Below are positions 48,891-58,572 of a DNA stretch of 64,000 nt, piece after piece. A program made the translations under genes and the position numbers. This stretch comes from an uncultured Gammaproteobacteria bacterium (GTDB taxonomy: Bacteria; Patescibacteriota; Microgenomatia; Daviesbacterales; UBA10151). The notes under the pieces were generated by a model. That model had not been told where the DNA came from. It worked only from the letters and a program-made list of their open reading frames with translations, and searched no databases. The number at the start of each line of letters is the position of its first letter. Within the stretch, counting starts at the first letter, position 1. The stretch spans positions 21,559 through 85,558 of the forward strand of contig CAZVEX010000002.1 in assembly GCA_964625535.1 (NCBI GenBank), read 5' to 3'.

Positions 48891-49175
48891 CTATGTTTTC
48901 TCCAAAGTTCTCTTTGTCACTGTACCATGAGATCTAAATATCCTGGTTGGGGCAAACTCACCTAATCTATGGCCAACCATACTCTCACCCACATATACAG
49001 TCACAAAATTCTTGCCCTGATGGACCAGAAAAGTATGTCCCACAAAATCCGGCGGGATCTGTGATCTTCTGGCCCAGGTTTTAATGGGGTCTTTTTTAGC
49101 TAGACTTTTTTGAGCTAAAACTTTTTTCAATAATTTTTCATCAATGTAGGGACCTTTTTTACTCGATCTAGCCAT
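48891..49175 (-). CDS. rpsS: 30S ribosomal protein S19
   Basis: [18 protein letters not shown]. Confidence 0.97.
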   Translation of the reverse strand: MARSSKKGPYIDEKLLKKVLAQKSLAKKDPIKTWARRSQIPPDFVGHTFLVHQGKNFVTVYVGESMVGHRLGEFAPTRIFRSHGTVTKRTLEKT

Positions 49176-49909
49176 CATTTCCTCCTTTTGATAATATATC
49201 TATCAGAATATTTTCCTTTTTTTCTGGTCTTGCCAACAGCCGGTTTGCCATATTTGGTCATTGGTCGTTTGCGTCCGATTCCGGATCTTCCTTCTCCTCC
49301 ACCATGCGGGTGAGAATCCGGGTCTTGGGCCACACCCCGGACAGTTGGTCTAATACCCATATGGCGAGATCTGCCTGCTTTACCTAAAACTCTTTGTCTA
49401 ATCTCTTCATTACCCAAACTGCCTATAGTGGCCATGGACTGCAAAGGTACCATTCTAACCTCACCACTAGGCATTTTCAAATGGGCAAAGTTACCCTCTT
49501 TGGCTAAGATTTGTAAAGCGCTACCTGCACTGCGGCCCAACTGGCCACCTTTTCCGGGTATTAGCTCCACATTGTGAACTAAAGTTCCTACGGTAATATT
49601 TTTAAGCTTCATGGCATGACCAACTTTAACTTCAACTTTTTCTCCGGAAATGATTTTTTGCTTAGCTTTTAAATCTTTAGGTACCAGGATATATCGATAC
49701 TCTCCGTCGCTATATTTAATTAAAGCAATCTCCACATTTCTGTTTGGATCATATTCCAAAGCCACCACTTCACCTTCCACCCCAAACTTATCCCTTTTGA
49801 AATCAATAATTCTATAATATCTTTTATGCCTTCCTCCCTGGCCTCTCACGGTCACCCGACCTTTAGACCTGCCTGAATGTTTTTTTAGTATTTTTCTTAA
49901 ACTTTTCAT
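49175..49909 (-). CDS. rplB: 50S ribosomal protein L2 (short N-terminus)
   Basis: [13 protein letters not shown]. Confidence 0.97.
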   Translation of the reverse strand: MKSLRKILKKHSGRSKGRVTVRGQGGRHKRYYRIIDFKRDKFGVEGEVVALEYDPNRNVEIALIKYSDGEYRYILVPKDLKAKQKIISGEKVEVKVGHAMKLKNITVGTLVHNVELIPGKGGQLGRSAGSALQILAKEGNFAHLKMPSGEVRMVPLQSMATIGSLGNEEIRQRVLGKAGRSRHMGIRPTVRGVAQDPDSHPHGGGEGRSGIGRKRPMTKYGKPAVGKTRKKGKYSDRYIIKRRK

Positions 49910-50334
49910 TTTCCGGTAATTACCTTTCTTTGAGTTGTCGGAGCTGCTCCTGTAGCACCTCTCTCAACCTTAACCTTGGTTCTTCTTAAAATATCTTTTT
50001 TCTCTTTAACTATCATTGGTTCGCTCTCGGCAGTTGTAACCGCTACTTCTTCCTTTGGTGCTTCAAAAATGGCAATCTTTTGATCTTTAGCAATTTGCAC
50101 AATGGCTTTTTTAAAACCTGTTGTCCGGTAAAATTTTCTCACTCTTTTCTGTGATTTAGTTACGCCTTTAATGTTTACCATTTTGACTTTCAGAACTTTG
50201 ACATTAAACTTATCAGCCACTTTTTTGGCAACTAGCGGCTTGGTAGCATTTTTATCTACCTGAAAAGTATAAAAACCTTTGCCTGCCAGTTGCATGGATT
50301 TCTCCGTCACGATTGGTTTTTGCAAAATAATCAC
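49906..50334 (-). CDS. rplW: 50S ribosomal protein L23 with C-terminal extension
   Basis: PIVTEKS, KKAIV. Confidence 0.93.
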   Translation of the reverse strand: MIILQKPIVTEKSMQLAGKGFYTFQVDKNATKPLVAKKVADKFNVKVLKVKMVNIKGVTKSQKRVRKFYRTTGFKKAIVQIAKDQKIAIFEAPKEEVAVTTAESEPMIVKEKKDILRRTKVKVERGATGAAPTTQRKVITGK

Positions 50335-50996
50335 AGCTTGCCTCCTAATTTTTCCACAGCATCTTTAGTCAATAATAAAACTCTATGCTTCAAAACTTCA
50401 TAAGCATTAATCTGATTTGAGGTTAAAATATTTGTTCCGGGAATATTTCTGGATGCCCTAACCGCATTATCCGTTTTTTCACCAGTCACAATAAGCACAT
50501 TTTTAATTTTTAGCTTATCAATAAGTTTTGCCATCTCTTTTGTCTTTCCGGAAGCTTTTTCCAAACCGGAAACCCCCAAAATTTCTTTGTCCGCCATTTT
50601 AGAAGATAAAGCCGATATTAAGGCTATCTTTTTCATCTTCTGCGGCAGCGAGAGTCTAACTCGCCTTGGTTTTGGCCCAAAAACTATCCCACCGCCCACA
50701 AAAATCGGTGCCCTAATAGCACCGTGTCTTGCTCTTCCCGTGCCTTTTTGTTTGTAAATTTTGGCTGTTGAACCTCTGACTTCTCCCCGGGTTTTAGTGG
50801 AGGCAGTAAAGTTTTTTTGGTTGGTCATATAAACTCTAACTGCTTGTACCAATAATTTTTTGTTGACCTTCTGCCCAAAAATTTCTTTGGGAAGTTGCAT
50901 AGTCCCCACAGATCTACCTGTTAGTGAGTACATGGGAACTGAAAGGCCACCAGTTTTTAGTTTTAAGTTTTTAGTTTTAAGTTTTTTAATTGGCAT
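50331..50996 (-). CDS. rplD: 50S ribosomal protein L4
   Basis: QKGTGRARHG, GGGIVFGP. Confidence 0.96.
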   Translation of the reverse strand: MPIKKLKTKNLKLKTGGLSVPMYSLTGRSVGTMQLPKEIFGQKVNKKLLVQAVRVYMTNQKNFTASTKTRGEVRGSTAKIYKQKGTGRARHGAIRAPIFVGGGIVFGPKPRRVRLSLPQKMKKIALISALSSKMADKEILGVSGLEKASGKTKEMAKLIDKLKIKNVLIVTGEKTDNAVRASRNIPGTNILTSNQINAYEVLKHRVLLLTKDAVEKLGGKL

Positions 50997-51690
50997 CTTT
51001 TACTCCTTCTTCGGGTGCCGAAGCCTCTGGCGAAGGCCCTTCTTCCTCTGGCTTTTCCTCTGGCGGAGGAGTATAACCTTTTATCCTCCCCAATTTGGTT
51101 ACCATCAACAATCCTTCTGTTGCCCCGGGCACACCGCCCTTGACTATTAACAAATTCTTTTCTCTATCCACTCCCACCACCTCCAGGTTTCTCACGCTGG
51201 CTTTAACCGCTCCCATATGCCCGGCCATTTTTTTGCCTTTATAAACCCTGCCAGGAGTGGTACCGGAACCAATGGAACCGGGAGCGCGGTGGCGGTCCGA
51301 TTGACCATGGGTTTTGGGCCCGCCATGAAAGCCGTGGCGTCTCACCCCACCCTGAAAACCCTTTCCTTTGGAAGTTCCTGTTACCCGAACCGCATCTCCA
51401 ATAGAAAAAACCTGGTCAAGTTTTATATCTTGTCCAGGTTTTAAATCTTGTCCGTCATCTCTAATCTCTCTAAACCAGCGGATAGGTTGTTCAATTCCGG
51501 CTTTTTTAGCATGTCCAATTTGTGGTTTTTTCACTGATTTCTTAGTTCCAAACCCTAGCTGTACCGAATTAGCATTAATTTGGGTAATAAAATTGGGGTC
51601 TATTTCCAAAATAGTAGCCCCGACTCTTCTACCCCTAGAGTCATAAGTTGATGTCATATTTTTTTTAATTCCTAAAAGTGTATTAACCAT
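50986..51690 (-). CDS. rplC: 50S ribosomal protein L3
   Basis: SKGKGFQG, RAPGSIG, KMAGHMG. Confidence 0.97.
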   Translation of the reverse strand: MVNTLLGIKKNMTSTYDSRGRRVGATILEIDPNFITQINANSVQLGFGTKKSVKKPQIGHAKKAGIEQPIRWFREIRDDGQDLKPGQDIKLDQVFSIGDAVRVTGTSKGKGFQGGVRRHGFHGGPKTHGQSDRHRAPGSIGSGTTPGRVYKGKKMAGHMGAVKASVRNLEVVGVDREKNLLIVKGGVPGATEGLLMVTKLGRIKGYTPPPEEKPEEEGPSPEASAPEEGVKDAN

Positions 51691-51854
51691 AAAAAAGAGT
51701 GATCCGCCAAAAGGCTAGATCACTCAGTATCTCGCTTTCAATCGCCGTATCTTGTTTTCGACGCGCGATCTACTGAAATTGACAATTGTTATATCAACCT
51801 GATAATAAAATCATCAGTAAGGAGATTTTACCACAAGCTCAAACTCAAATGCAA
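51691..51854 (-). promoter_or_regulatory. Internal promoter and structured leader with terminator before rplC
   Basis: TTGCAT..TGTGGTAAAAT; several hairpins; GAGTGATC/GATCACTC + T6 immediately before ATG. Confidence 0.55.
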
Positions 51855-51866
51855 GCTGATGGCGGG

Positions 51867-52175
51867 TCACATCTTAACTTCAATATCAACCCCGGCGGGG
51901 ATTTCAAGATGCATTAGGGAATCAATGGTTTTTTGGGTGGGTTCAACAATATCAATCATTCTTTTGTGAGTTTTTATTTCAAAAGCTTCACGGGAATCTT
52001 TATCTGTATGAGGGGAAGTTAAAACAGTAATTCTTTCTGTTTTAGTGGGAAGGGGAATGGGACCGACAATTTTGGCGCCGGTTCTAAGGGCTGTATCCAA
52101 AAGGGATTCGCAGGTGTTATCCAACACCCGATGATCATAACTTTTTAATTTAACGCGAATGCGCCCTCTTGGCAT
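51867..52175 (-). CDS. rpsJ: 30S ribosomal protein S10
   Basis: GPIPLPT, SPH, THKR. Confidence 0.97.
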   Translation of the reverse strand: MPRGRIRVKLKSYDHRVLDNTCESLLDTALRTGAKIVGPIPLPTKTERITVLTSPHTDKDSREAFEIKTHKRMIDIVEPTQKTIDSLMHLEIPAGVDIEVKM

Positions 52176-52211
52176 ATTTATTCCCCTTTCAATGTGCTAA
52201 TTGTACTACTT

Positions 52212-53396
52212 TTAAGCTATTATTTTGGTAATAACTCCTGCGCCAACTGTTTTTCCGCCCTCGCGGACAGCAAATCTTAAGCCCTCTTCCATAGCCACCG
52301 GAGTAATTAATTTACCCACAACCTTGACAGTATCACCCGGCATGGCCATTTCCACGCCTTCCGGCAGTTGTACTTCTCCTGTCACATCAGTGGTCCTCAC
52401 ATAAAACTGTGGTCTGTAGCCTTTGAAAAAGGGGGTATGTCTTCCGCCTTCTTCTTTGCTTAATACATAAACTTCCGCTTCAAACTCGGAGTGGGGGGTA
52501 ATAGATCCGGGCTTACTCAGCACCTGGCCTCTTTCCACATCATCTTTTTCAATGCCCCGAAGCAAAATCCCGGCATTATCTCCAGCTTCACCCTGATCAA
52601 GCAGTTTATGAAACATTTCAATGCCGGTCACCACGCTCTTTTTGGTAGGCCTGATTCCCACAATTTCCACCTCTTCATTTACTTTCACAACTCCTCTTTC
52701 AATTCTACCTGTTACCACAGTTCCCCGACCTTTGATGGAGAAGACATCCTCAACAGCCATCAAAAACGGCTTATCTTTATCCCTGACAGGTGTGGGAATC
52801 CACTCGTCAACCTTGGCCATTAATTCTTCAATTGACTTAACTGCCTCTGCATCACCTTCCAAGGCTTTTTTGGCGCTGCCCCTGATAATCGGAGACTGCG
52901 GGTCATACTCATATTTTTTAAGTAAATCACGAATCTCCTCTTCCACCAAATCCAACAGTTCCGCGTCGTCCACCATGTCTACTTTATTTAAATAAACTAC
53001 AATGGCAGGAACCCCCACCTGGCGGGCCAATAGCAAATGCTCTCTGGTTTGGGGCATGGGGCCGTCCGGGGCAGACACCACCAAAATAGCTCCGTCTGTT
53101 TGGGCAGCACCGGTGATCATGTTTTTGATGTAATCTGCGTGTCCCGGCATGTCAATATGAGCATAATGTCTTTTTTCTGTCTCATATTCCTGATGGGAAA
53201 TGTTAATGGTAATGCCTCTAGCTTTTTCTTCGGGGGCGTTGTCAATCTGGTCAACAGAGCGGGCTTCGGCCAAACCTTTGCCGGCCAAAACTTTGGTTAT
53301 GGCTGCGGTTAAAGTGGTTTTACCATGGTCAACATGACCCATGGTACCAATATTAACGTGCGGTTTGCTTCTATCAAATTTTTTTACATCTGCCAT
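52212..53396 (-). CDS. tuf: Elongation factor Tu
   Basis: [18 protein letters not shown]. Confidence 0.98.
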   Translation of the reverse strand: MADVKKFDRSKPHVNIGTMGHVDHGKTTLTAAITKVLAGKGLAEARSVDQIDNAPEEKARGITINISHQEYETEKRHYAHIDMPGHADYIKNMITGAAQTDGAILVVSAPDGPMPQTREHLLLARQVGVPAIVVYLNKVDMVDDAELLDLVEEEIRDLLKKYEYDPQSPIIRGSAKKALEGDAEAVKSIEELMAKVDEWIPTPVRDKDKPFLMAVEDVFSIKGRGTVVTGRIERGVVKVNEEVEIVGIRPTKKSVVTGIEMFHKLLDQGEAGDNAGILLRGIEKDDVERGQVLSKPGSITPHSEFEAEVYVLSKEEGGRHTPFFKGYRPQFYVRTTDVTGEVQLPEGVEMAMPGDTVKVVGKLITPVAMEEGLRFAVREGGKTVGAGVITKIIA

Positions 53397-53535
53397 ATTA
53401 TTATCCTTGATTTTACATTAAAAACCAGCCCATTTCAAGCTGGTAAATAAATACTACACTGCATCATCCAAAAATGCAAGAGGGAAGTTTTTAAAATTTG
53501 ACTTCTGGTATTATGGGATTTATAATGAGTCCATT

Positions 53536-53844
53536 ATGGATAAAGGTGGTCCTGAAATGCAGGGAGTGGAAGCTACCATTAATTCTGTGTCTGAAGAGGA
53601 GGTTCAACCACTTACTGCCTTAGGTACGAATATTGAACTACTTCGGGAGGGCTTACCAGCAGATAGTCCACTTCTTCCACTAGTTGAATCCATGGAAAGT
53701 AGTGTTCGATCTTTAGGGGGAATTTTACAAAAATATAGAAAAGCTGTTGAAACAGGAGAGATTACTCTATCTGTATTCCAAAACGGTGCACCCTGTTTGA
53801 ACATTCATAAACATTCAGTTGCTGCTCAAGAACGCCAACCTTAA
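53536..53844 (+). CDS. Hypothetical protein, HisKA-like helical hairpin without His
   Basis: [18 protein letters not shown]; TTGACT..TATAAT promoter upstream. Confidence 0.55.
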   Translation: MDKGGPEMQGVEATINSVSEEEVQPLTALGTNIELLREGLPADSPLLPLVESMESSVRSLGGILQKYRKAVETGEITLSVFQNGAPCLNIHKHSVAAQERQP

Positions 53845-55907
53845 TGTTCAACTCGGCCAGTGAAGCCGGAGGATTCCACTATTTTGGCGGTAATATTTTG
53901 GGGGACAGGTTCGTAGTGGTCTGCTTCCATGTAATAAGTGGCCCGGCCCTGGGACATACTTCTAATAGTGGTCGCATAACCATGCATCTCGGCTAAAGGC
54001 ACCAAAGCCAACACCACTTTGGCATTGCCCCTTTGTTCCGAAGATAAAATCTGTGCTCTTTTGCTGGATAAATCACCGATAATATCTCCCAGAAACTCCT
54101 CCGGAGTGGTTACCTCCACCTTCATAATTGGCTCAAGGAGTATCATGTCAGCTTTTTTAGCTGCTTCTGATAAACCTAATGAGGCGGCAATCTTAAAGGC
54201 TATTTCGGATGAATCTACATCATGGAAAGATCCATCGTAAACTGTTACTTTGATATCGGTTAAAGGGTATCCTGCCAAAATTCCCGTATCCTCCTTTTCA
54301 ATGACTCCTTTTTCAATCGGGGGAATAAACTCCCGGGGAATAGCTCCGCCCACCACTTTAGATTCAAATTCCCGGCCCTGGCCCCGGGGAAGAGGTTCAA
54401 TACGCAGCAAACAATGTCCATATTGTCCCCGGCCGCCGGTTTGACGAATATATTTACCCTCACCCTCGGCCGGCTTGGTAATAGTCTCTTTGTAGGCCAC
54501 TTGGGGTTGACCCACATTGGCCTCCACTTTAAACTCCCGCTTCATCCTGTCTACCAACACCTCCAGCTGCAGCTCGCCCATACCGGCAATAATAGTTTGT
54601 CCTGTTTCAGCATCAGACTTAACTCTAAAGGTTGGATCTTCTTCCGAAAGCCTGTTTAGCGCATAACCCAGCCTTTCCTGATCTGATTTGGTTTTTGGTT
54701 CAATAGCCAATGATATGACCGGGTCGGGAAAGGTAATTGATTCCAAAATAATGGGTGAGGTTTCATCACACAAAGTATTGCCCGTGATAGTATCTTTTAA
54801 GCCTACTGCTGCCACAATCTCTCCTCCGTAGGCTTCATCAATTTCCTCCCGGTCATTGGCATGCATTAACAGCAACCTGCCCACTCTTTCTTTGATTTGC
54901 TTGGTGGAGTTGTAAACATAAGAACCCGATTTTAAAGTGCCTGAATAAACCCTGATATAAGTAAGCTTTCCCACATGGGGATCAACTTGAATTTTAAAAG
55001 CTAATGCGGAAAGAGGGCTGGAAGCATCTGCTTTTTCCACATCTTGCGGGGAAGGCAGATATTCTATCACCGCATCTAACATGGGCTGAACACCTTTATT
55101 GCGAAGCGAACTTCCTGCCAAGACAGGCACAATTTTATTCTCAATTACAGCTTTTCTCAAAGCTTGTTTTAGCTCTTCCACGGAAATTTCCTGACCGTTT
55201 AGATATTTTTCCATTAACACATCATCTGTACCTGAAATCTCTTCCACCAGTTCTTCTCTGGCTTGCTTAACTTCATCTACCATATCAGCAGGAATTTCTA
55301 CCTCGTTAAATTTAGCCCCGGTTGTATCACCTTCCCAAATTATGGCTTTTTGGGTCAATAAATCCACCACGCCCTTAAAATCATTTTCTTTGCCAATTGG
55401 CAGATTGTAAGCCACAGCATTGGCCCCCAGTTTATCCCGGGCACTTTGAATTGTGCCCAGAAAATCCGCCCCCACCACATCCATTTTATTAGCAAAAGCA
55501 ATTAAAGGCACATTATATTTATTAGCCTGTCTCCAAACGGTTTCGGTTTGGGACTGCACCCCGGATGATGCATCCAACACAATCACTCCACCATCAAGCA
55601 CGCGCAGAGATCGCTCCACCTCGGCGGTAAAATCAACATGTCCCGGCGTATCAATAATATTAATTCTATGGTCCTTCCAAAAAGTGGTAATGGCCGCGGA
55701 CACAATGGTGATACCCCGCTCTTTTTCCTGCTCCATCCAGTCTGTCACGGTTGTGCCCTCATCAATGTTGCCGATTTTGTAGGTTTTGCCGGTATAAAAA
55801 AGTATCCGCTCGGTGGTGGTGGTTTTGCCGGCATCAATATGGGCAATGATGCCAATGTTTCTAATATATCTTAAGGGAAAATCGCGTTTAGTCTTTTGAA
55901 CAGCCAT
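53841..55907 (-). CDS. fusA: Elongation factor G
   Basis: [32 protein letters not shown]. Confidence 0.98.
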   Translation of the reverse strand: MAVQKTKRDFPLRYIRNIGIIAHIDAGKTTTTERILFYTGKTYKIGNIDEGTTVTDWMEQEKERGITIVSAAITTFWKDHRINIIDTPGHVDFTAEVERSLRVLDGGVIVLDASSGVQSQTETVWRQANKYNVPLIAFANKMDVVGADFLGTIQSARDKLGANAVAYNLPIGKENDFKGVVDLLTQKAIIWEGDTTGAKFNEVEIPADMVDEVKQAREELVEEISGTDDVLMEKYLNGQEISVEELKQALRKAVIENKIVPVLAGSSLRNKGVQPMLDAVIEYLPSPQDVEKADASSPLSALAFKIQVDPHVGKLTYIRVYSGTLKSGSYVYNSTKQIKERVGRLLLMHANDREEIDEAYGGEIVAAVGLKDTITGNTLCDETSPIILESITFPDPVISLAIEPKTKSDQERLGYALNRLSEEDPTFRVKSDAETGQTIIAGMGELQLEVLVDRMKREFKVEANVGQPQVAYKETITKPAEGEGKYIRQTGGRGQYGHCLLRIEPLPRGQGREFESKVVGGAIPREFIPPIEKGVIEKEDTGILAGYPLTDIKVTVYDGSFHDVDSSEIAFKIAASLGLSEAAKKADMILLEPIMKVEVTTPEEFLGDIIGDLSSKRAQILSSEQRGNAKVVLALVPLAEMHGYATTIRSMSQGRATYYMEADHYEPVPQNITAKIVESSGFTGRVEH

Positions 55908-56128
55908 TATTTTTCCTCCAATTCAGCAATGATTTTTTTGACCTGATCAATCTGCACTCTGAAAGTTTCGGCATCTTCCGTAGCCATGGTATAGGCTGCA
56001 TTTTCCGACAAATCCCCTTCCTCTGCAGCTTGGCCTCGCTTTTGCATAGTTTCTTGAAGATCCGCCTCCAATTTAGCAAGATTATCCTTCCACATCTTCA
56101 ATTTTTCTTGTCTTAACTTTTTGTTCAT
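55907..56128 (-). CDS. GreA N-terminal-domain-only protein
   Basis: GDLSENAAY coiled-coil tip; 73 aa; TAATG coupling to fusA. Confidence 0.8.
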   Translation of the reverse strand: MNKKLRQEKLKMWKDNLAKLEADLQETMQKRGQAAEEGDLSENAAYTMATEDAETFRVQIDQVKKIIAELEEK

Positions 56129-56220
56129 AGTTTTAAAAAACCTCCCTCAAACTTACGGGAGGCCACTTTTTAATACTACCCTCTTTGCCCTCAAAAGTCA
56201 AGTTTATGTATGCTATAATA

Positions 56221-56258
56221 GAATTACATAATACTTTATGTAATGTATTATGTAATTC
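56221..56258. promoter_or_regulatory. 14-bp perfect inverted repeat (candidate operator)
   Basis: GAATTACATAATAC-N10-GTATTATGTAATTC between TGCTATAAT and ATG 56259. Confidence 0.7.
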
Positions 56259-56435
56259 ATGCCTACCAGAAAATTGGGTGAGCAAAATATTAGAAAATTA
56301 ACCAAGGCAGGCGGTAAAAGCATTGCCGTAACTATTCCTATAGAATTTGTTAGAGAGTTGGGCTGGAAGGAAAAACAAAAAGTCAGGGTAGATCTGGAGC
56401 GCAAAAAGCTCATTATCAAAGACTGGAAGGAATGA
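56259..56435 (+). CDS. AbrB/MazE/SpoVT-family small DNA-binding protein (not in ORF track)
   Basis: MPTRKLGEQNIRKLTKAGGKSIAVTIPIEFVRELGWKEKQKVRV...IIKDWKE. Confidence 0.85.
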   Translation: MPTRKLGEQNIRKLTKAGGKSIAVTIPIEFVRELGWKEKQKVRVDLERKKLIIKDWKE

Positions 56436-56518
56436 TTAATATATCAACAGTTATCCCATGAGATTCAAAAATAATTGTTACCATTTTATCCTTAAATTAA
56501 TTACTATAGCACTATAGG

Positions 56519-56547
56519 TTGACAGTTGTGAATTTTTATCATATAAT
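56519..56547 (+). promoter_or_regulatory. Consensus sigma70 promoter with no downstream ORF
   Basis: TTGACA-17 nt-TATAAT. Confidence 0.8.
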
Positions 56548-56553
56548 TCAACT

Positions 56554-56612
56554 ATCTACAATAACACTCGGTCGGTAAATTTTAGAGGGCTTTTTATGAG
56601 GCCCTCTTTTTT
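56554..56612 (+). ncRNA. Candidate ~58-nt antisense small RNA
   Basis: Between the consensus promoter and terminator AGAGGGC/GCCCTCT-TTTTT; 5' 21 nt complementary to the tRNA-like RNA. Confidence 0.65.
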
Positions 56613-56626
56613 GTACTGTTTTATTG

Positions 56627-56726
56627 TCGGAGGGGTAGGAGTCGAACCTACACACAAGTGATATTTCTACAATAACACCCGGCCGGCTAATGGGACCGTT
56701 GCATTCACCGTTATGCGAGCCCTCCC
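56627..56726 (-). ncRNA. Degenerate tRNA-Ser-like cloverleaf (long variable arm, abnormal anticodon loop)
   Basis: GGAGGG/CCCTCC acceptor, GCAT/ATGC D-stem, GTAGG-TTCGACT-CCTAC T-arm, ~10-bp variable stem, loop CCCATTA. Confidence 0.7.
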
Positions 56727-57556
56727 GAATTATCATCTGGATCAGATTCTGCTTTAATAGAATTTTTATCTTTCTTTTTCAAAATCTCTTGGGCTTTAGC
56801 TTCTAATCCTTTGATTTGTTGTCCGAATTCACCAGTAACTACTTCATAACTTACCCCTAAAGGAAAGGCGATAGTTATACCCGAAGGAAGATCAATTGGG
56901 TAACTCTTACCCTTTGGAATATAATTTGCTCCAGACTGAGTTGGCCCTCGTTGTGATAATTCTTTGTCTTCACTAGATTCCTCATAACTTTGATTTATAG
57001 CACTTTCGTCTTCTTCTACTCTCTTATCTTGTATTACCCCATTTTGAAGCAAACCTGAAAATTCTAATGTATTTTTGAAATCCTTTGCTACTTTATCAGC
57101 TACTTTTTCAGCAATTTTATATTCTCGAACCACAATATTTGTTAGTAAACCTGGGAGAGCTGATCTGTTAAATTTTTCTATTAATGATTTATAAATCTTA
57201 GGAGTTTTTGAAGCTTGAATTATAGCTTGCTCTTTCTCTTGTTCGGAGGTAGAAAGCAAAATACTATCTGCTAAAAGAGACTGTGTATAAACATTTCCGG
57301 ATCTAGTAAGAAGGCCAAAATGCACAAGAGCAGCAATTTTAACCACTGATGCACCATTGAGACCCTTATACCCAATAGCTTTTGCTATTGAAGATCTGTC
57401 GTAAGGCCCTTTTCCCAGTTGTTTACGCAATGTTTTTATTAATTCTATAGCCTCTTGTAAGCCTACAGCTGGATAAGCAGTACTGCGATTAACAGGCTTC
57501 TTTGACGATATATTTTGACTTTCATCTTTATTAGGTTCTTTAGTCTGCGATTCCAT
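56711..57556 (-). CDS. Hypothetical protein, probable winged-helix N-terminal domain
   Basis: YPAVGLQEAI..IAKAIGY..IAALVHFGLL; own TTGACA-17-TAGTAT promoter at 57566-57594. Confidence 0.8.
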   Translation of the reverse strand: MESQTKEPNKDESQNISSKKPVNRSTAYPAVGLQEAIELIKTLRKQLGKGPYDRSSIAKAIGYKGLNGASVVKIAALVHFGLLTRSGNVYTQSLLADSILLSTSEQEKEQAIIQASKTPKIYKSLIEKFNRSALPGLLTNIVVREYKIAEKVADKVAKDFKNTLEFSGLLQNGVIQDKRVEEDESAINQSYEESSEDKELSQRGPTQSGANYIPKGKSYPIDLPSGITIAFPLGVSYEVVTGEFGQQIKGLEAKAQEILKKKDKNSIKAESDPDDNSGGLA

Positions 57557-57659
57557 AATAAATATATACTACAACTTATCGGATTTATTGTCAACTACCC
57601 TTTTTGTGCCTACAAGAACTAAGTTTAAAGATTAGTGATAAGTTTAAAATGAGTATTAA

Positions 57660-58124
57660 TTACCACCTAAAATGGGCAAAGGCGCGGTTGGCTGCGGCGA
57701 CTTTTTGCATATCATCTTTTTTCTTGATAGCTGCTCCGGCATTGTTAGCCGCATCCTGCAGTTCTTGAGATAACTTTTTATCAAATGTATGAAACTCTTT
57801 GTTGGATCTGGCCCGAGCCGCTTGAATGATCCATTTGATGGCCAAGGCTTCTTTTCTGTCGCCTCTTACTTCCACCGGCACCTGATATGAAGCTCCCCCT
57901 ACGCGGCGGGGTCTAACTTCCATTTTGGGAGAAACATTCTGGATAGCTTTTTCAAAAACAGCCAGCGGGCCATCTTTGATTTGCTCCATGGCAGAGTAGA
58001 AATGTCGCTGGGCCACGGTTTTTTTGCCGCTGATCATCAATTTATTAATGAATCTGGTGACCATTCCCGAATTATAGATGGGATCAGGCGGCAATATTCT
58101 TTTGACAGCTTTTTTACTTCTCAT
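57660..58124 (-). CDS. rpsG: 30S ribosomal protein S7
   Basis: [18 protein letters not shown]. Confidence 0.97.
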   Translation of the reverse strand: MRSKKAVKRILPPDPIYNSGMVTRFINKLMISGKKTVAQRHFYSAMEQIKDGPLAVFEKAIQNVSPKMEVRPRRVGGASYQVPVEVRGDRKEALAIKWIIQAARARSNKEFHTFDKKLSQELQDAANNAGAAIKKKDDMQKVAAANRAFAHFRW

Positions 58125-58567
58125 GGTGTTGGTGGCGCTGCAGGCGGAGGAGCAGCAACACCACTCTTTTTGGCTCCATATTTGGAGCGACCCTGTTTTC
58201 TACCCTGCACCCCTTCCAAATCCAGTTTACCTCTGACAATATGATACTTTACACCCGGCAGGTCTCTTACTCTCCCACCTCTTACCAAAACTATGCCATG
58301 TTCAGCCAGACTATGGCCTTCGCCTTGAATATAAGCTGTTACTTCTGTTCTGTTGGAAAGCCTCACCCGGGCCACTTTTCGAAGAGCCGAATTTGGTTTT
58401 TTGGGAGTCATGGTTTTGACCAAAGTCACCACCCCCCGCTTTTGCGGATTAAATGTCGTGGAATAACGCCTTTCCCGTGCATTAAAATTACGCCTCAAAA
58501 CCGTGGATTTGATCTTTTTGGCAATTGCTTTTCTACCTTTTCTAACAAGCTGGTTCATGGTAGGCAT
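58121..58567 (-). CDS. rpsL: 30S ribosomal protein S12
   Basis: [15 protein letters not shown]. Confidence 0.98.
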   Translation of the reverse strand: MPTMNQLVRKGRKAIAKKIKSTVLRRNFNARERRYSTTFNPQKRGVVTLVKTMTPKKPNSALRKVARVRLSNRTEVTAYIQGEGHSLAEHGIVLVRGGRVRDLPGVKYHIVRGKLDLEGVQGRKQGRSKYGAKKSGVAAPPPAAPPTP

Positions 58568-58572
58568 TTTTT

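Noticed and set aside
56213-56419. 68-aa minus-strand ORF in the track
   Set aside because: Shadow of the AbrB-like gene on the + strand
56627-56726. Functional tRNA-Met/Ile(CAT)
   Set aside because: C at position 33, pyrimidine at 37, long variable arm and irregular acceptor stem do not fit a normal decoding tRNA
56548-56736. 62-aa ORF with repeated peptide (RPGVIVE/RPSVIVD)
   Set aside because: It is the translation of the tRNA-like element and its 21-nt repeat, overlapping a terminator; better explained as RNA structure, though translation is not excluded
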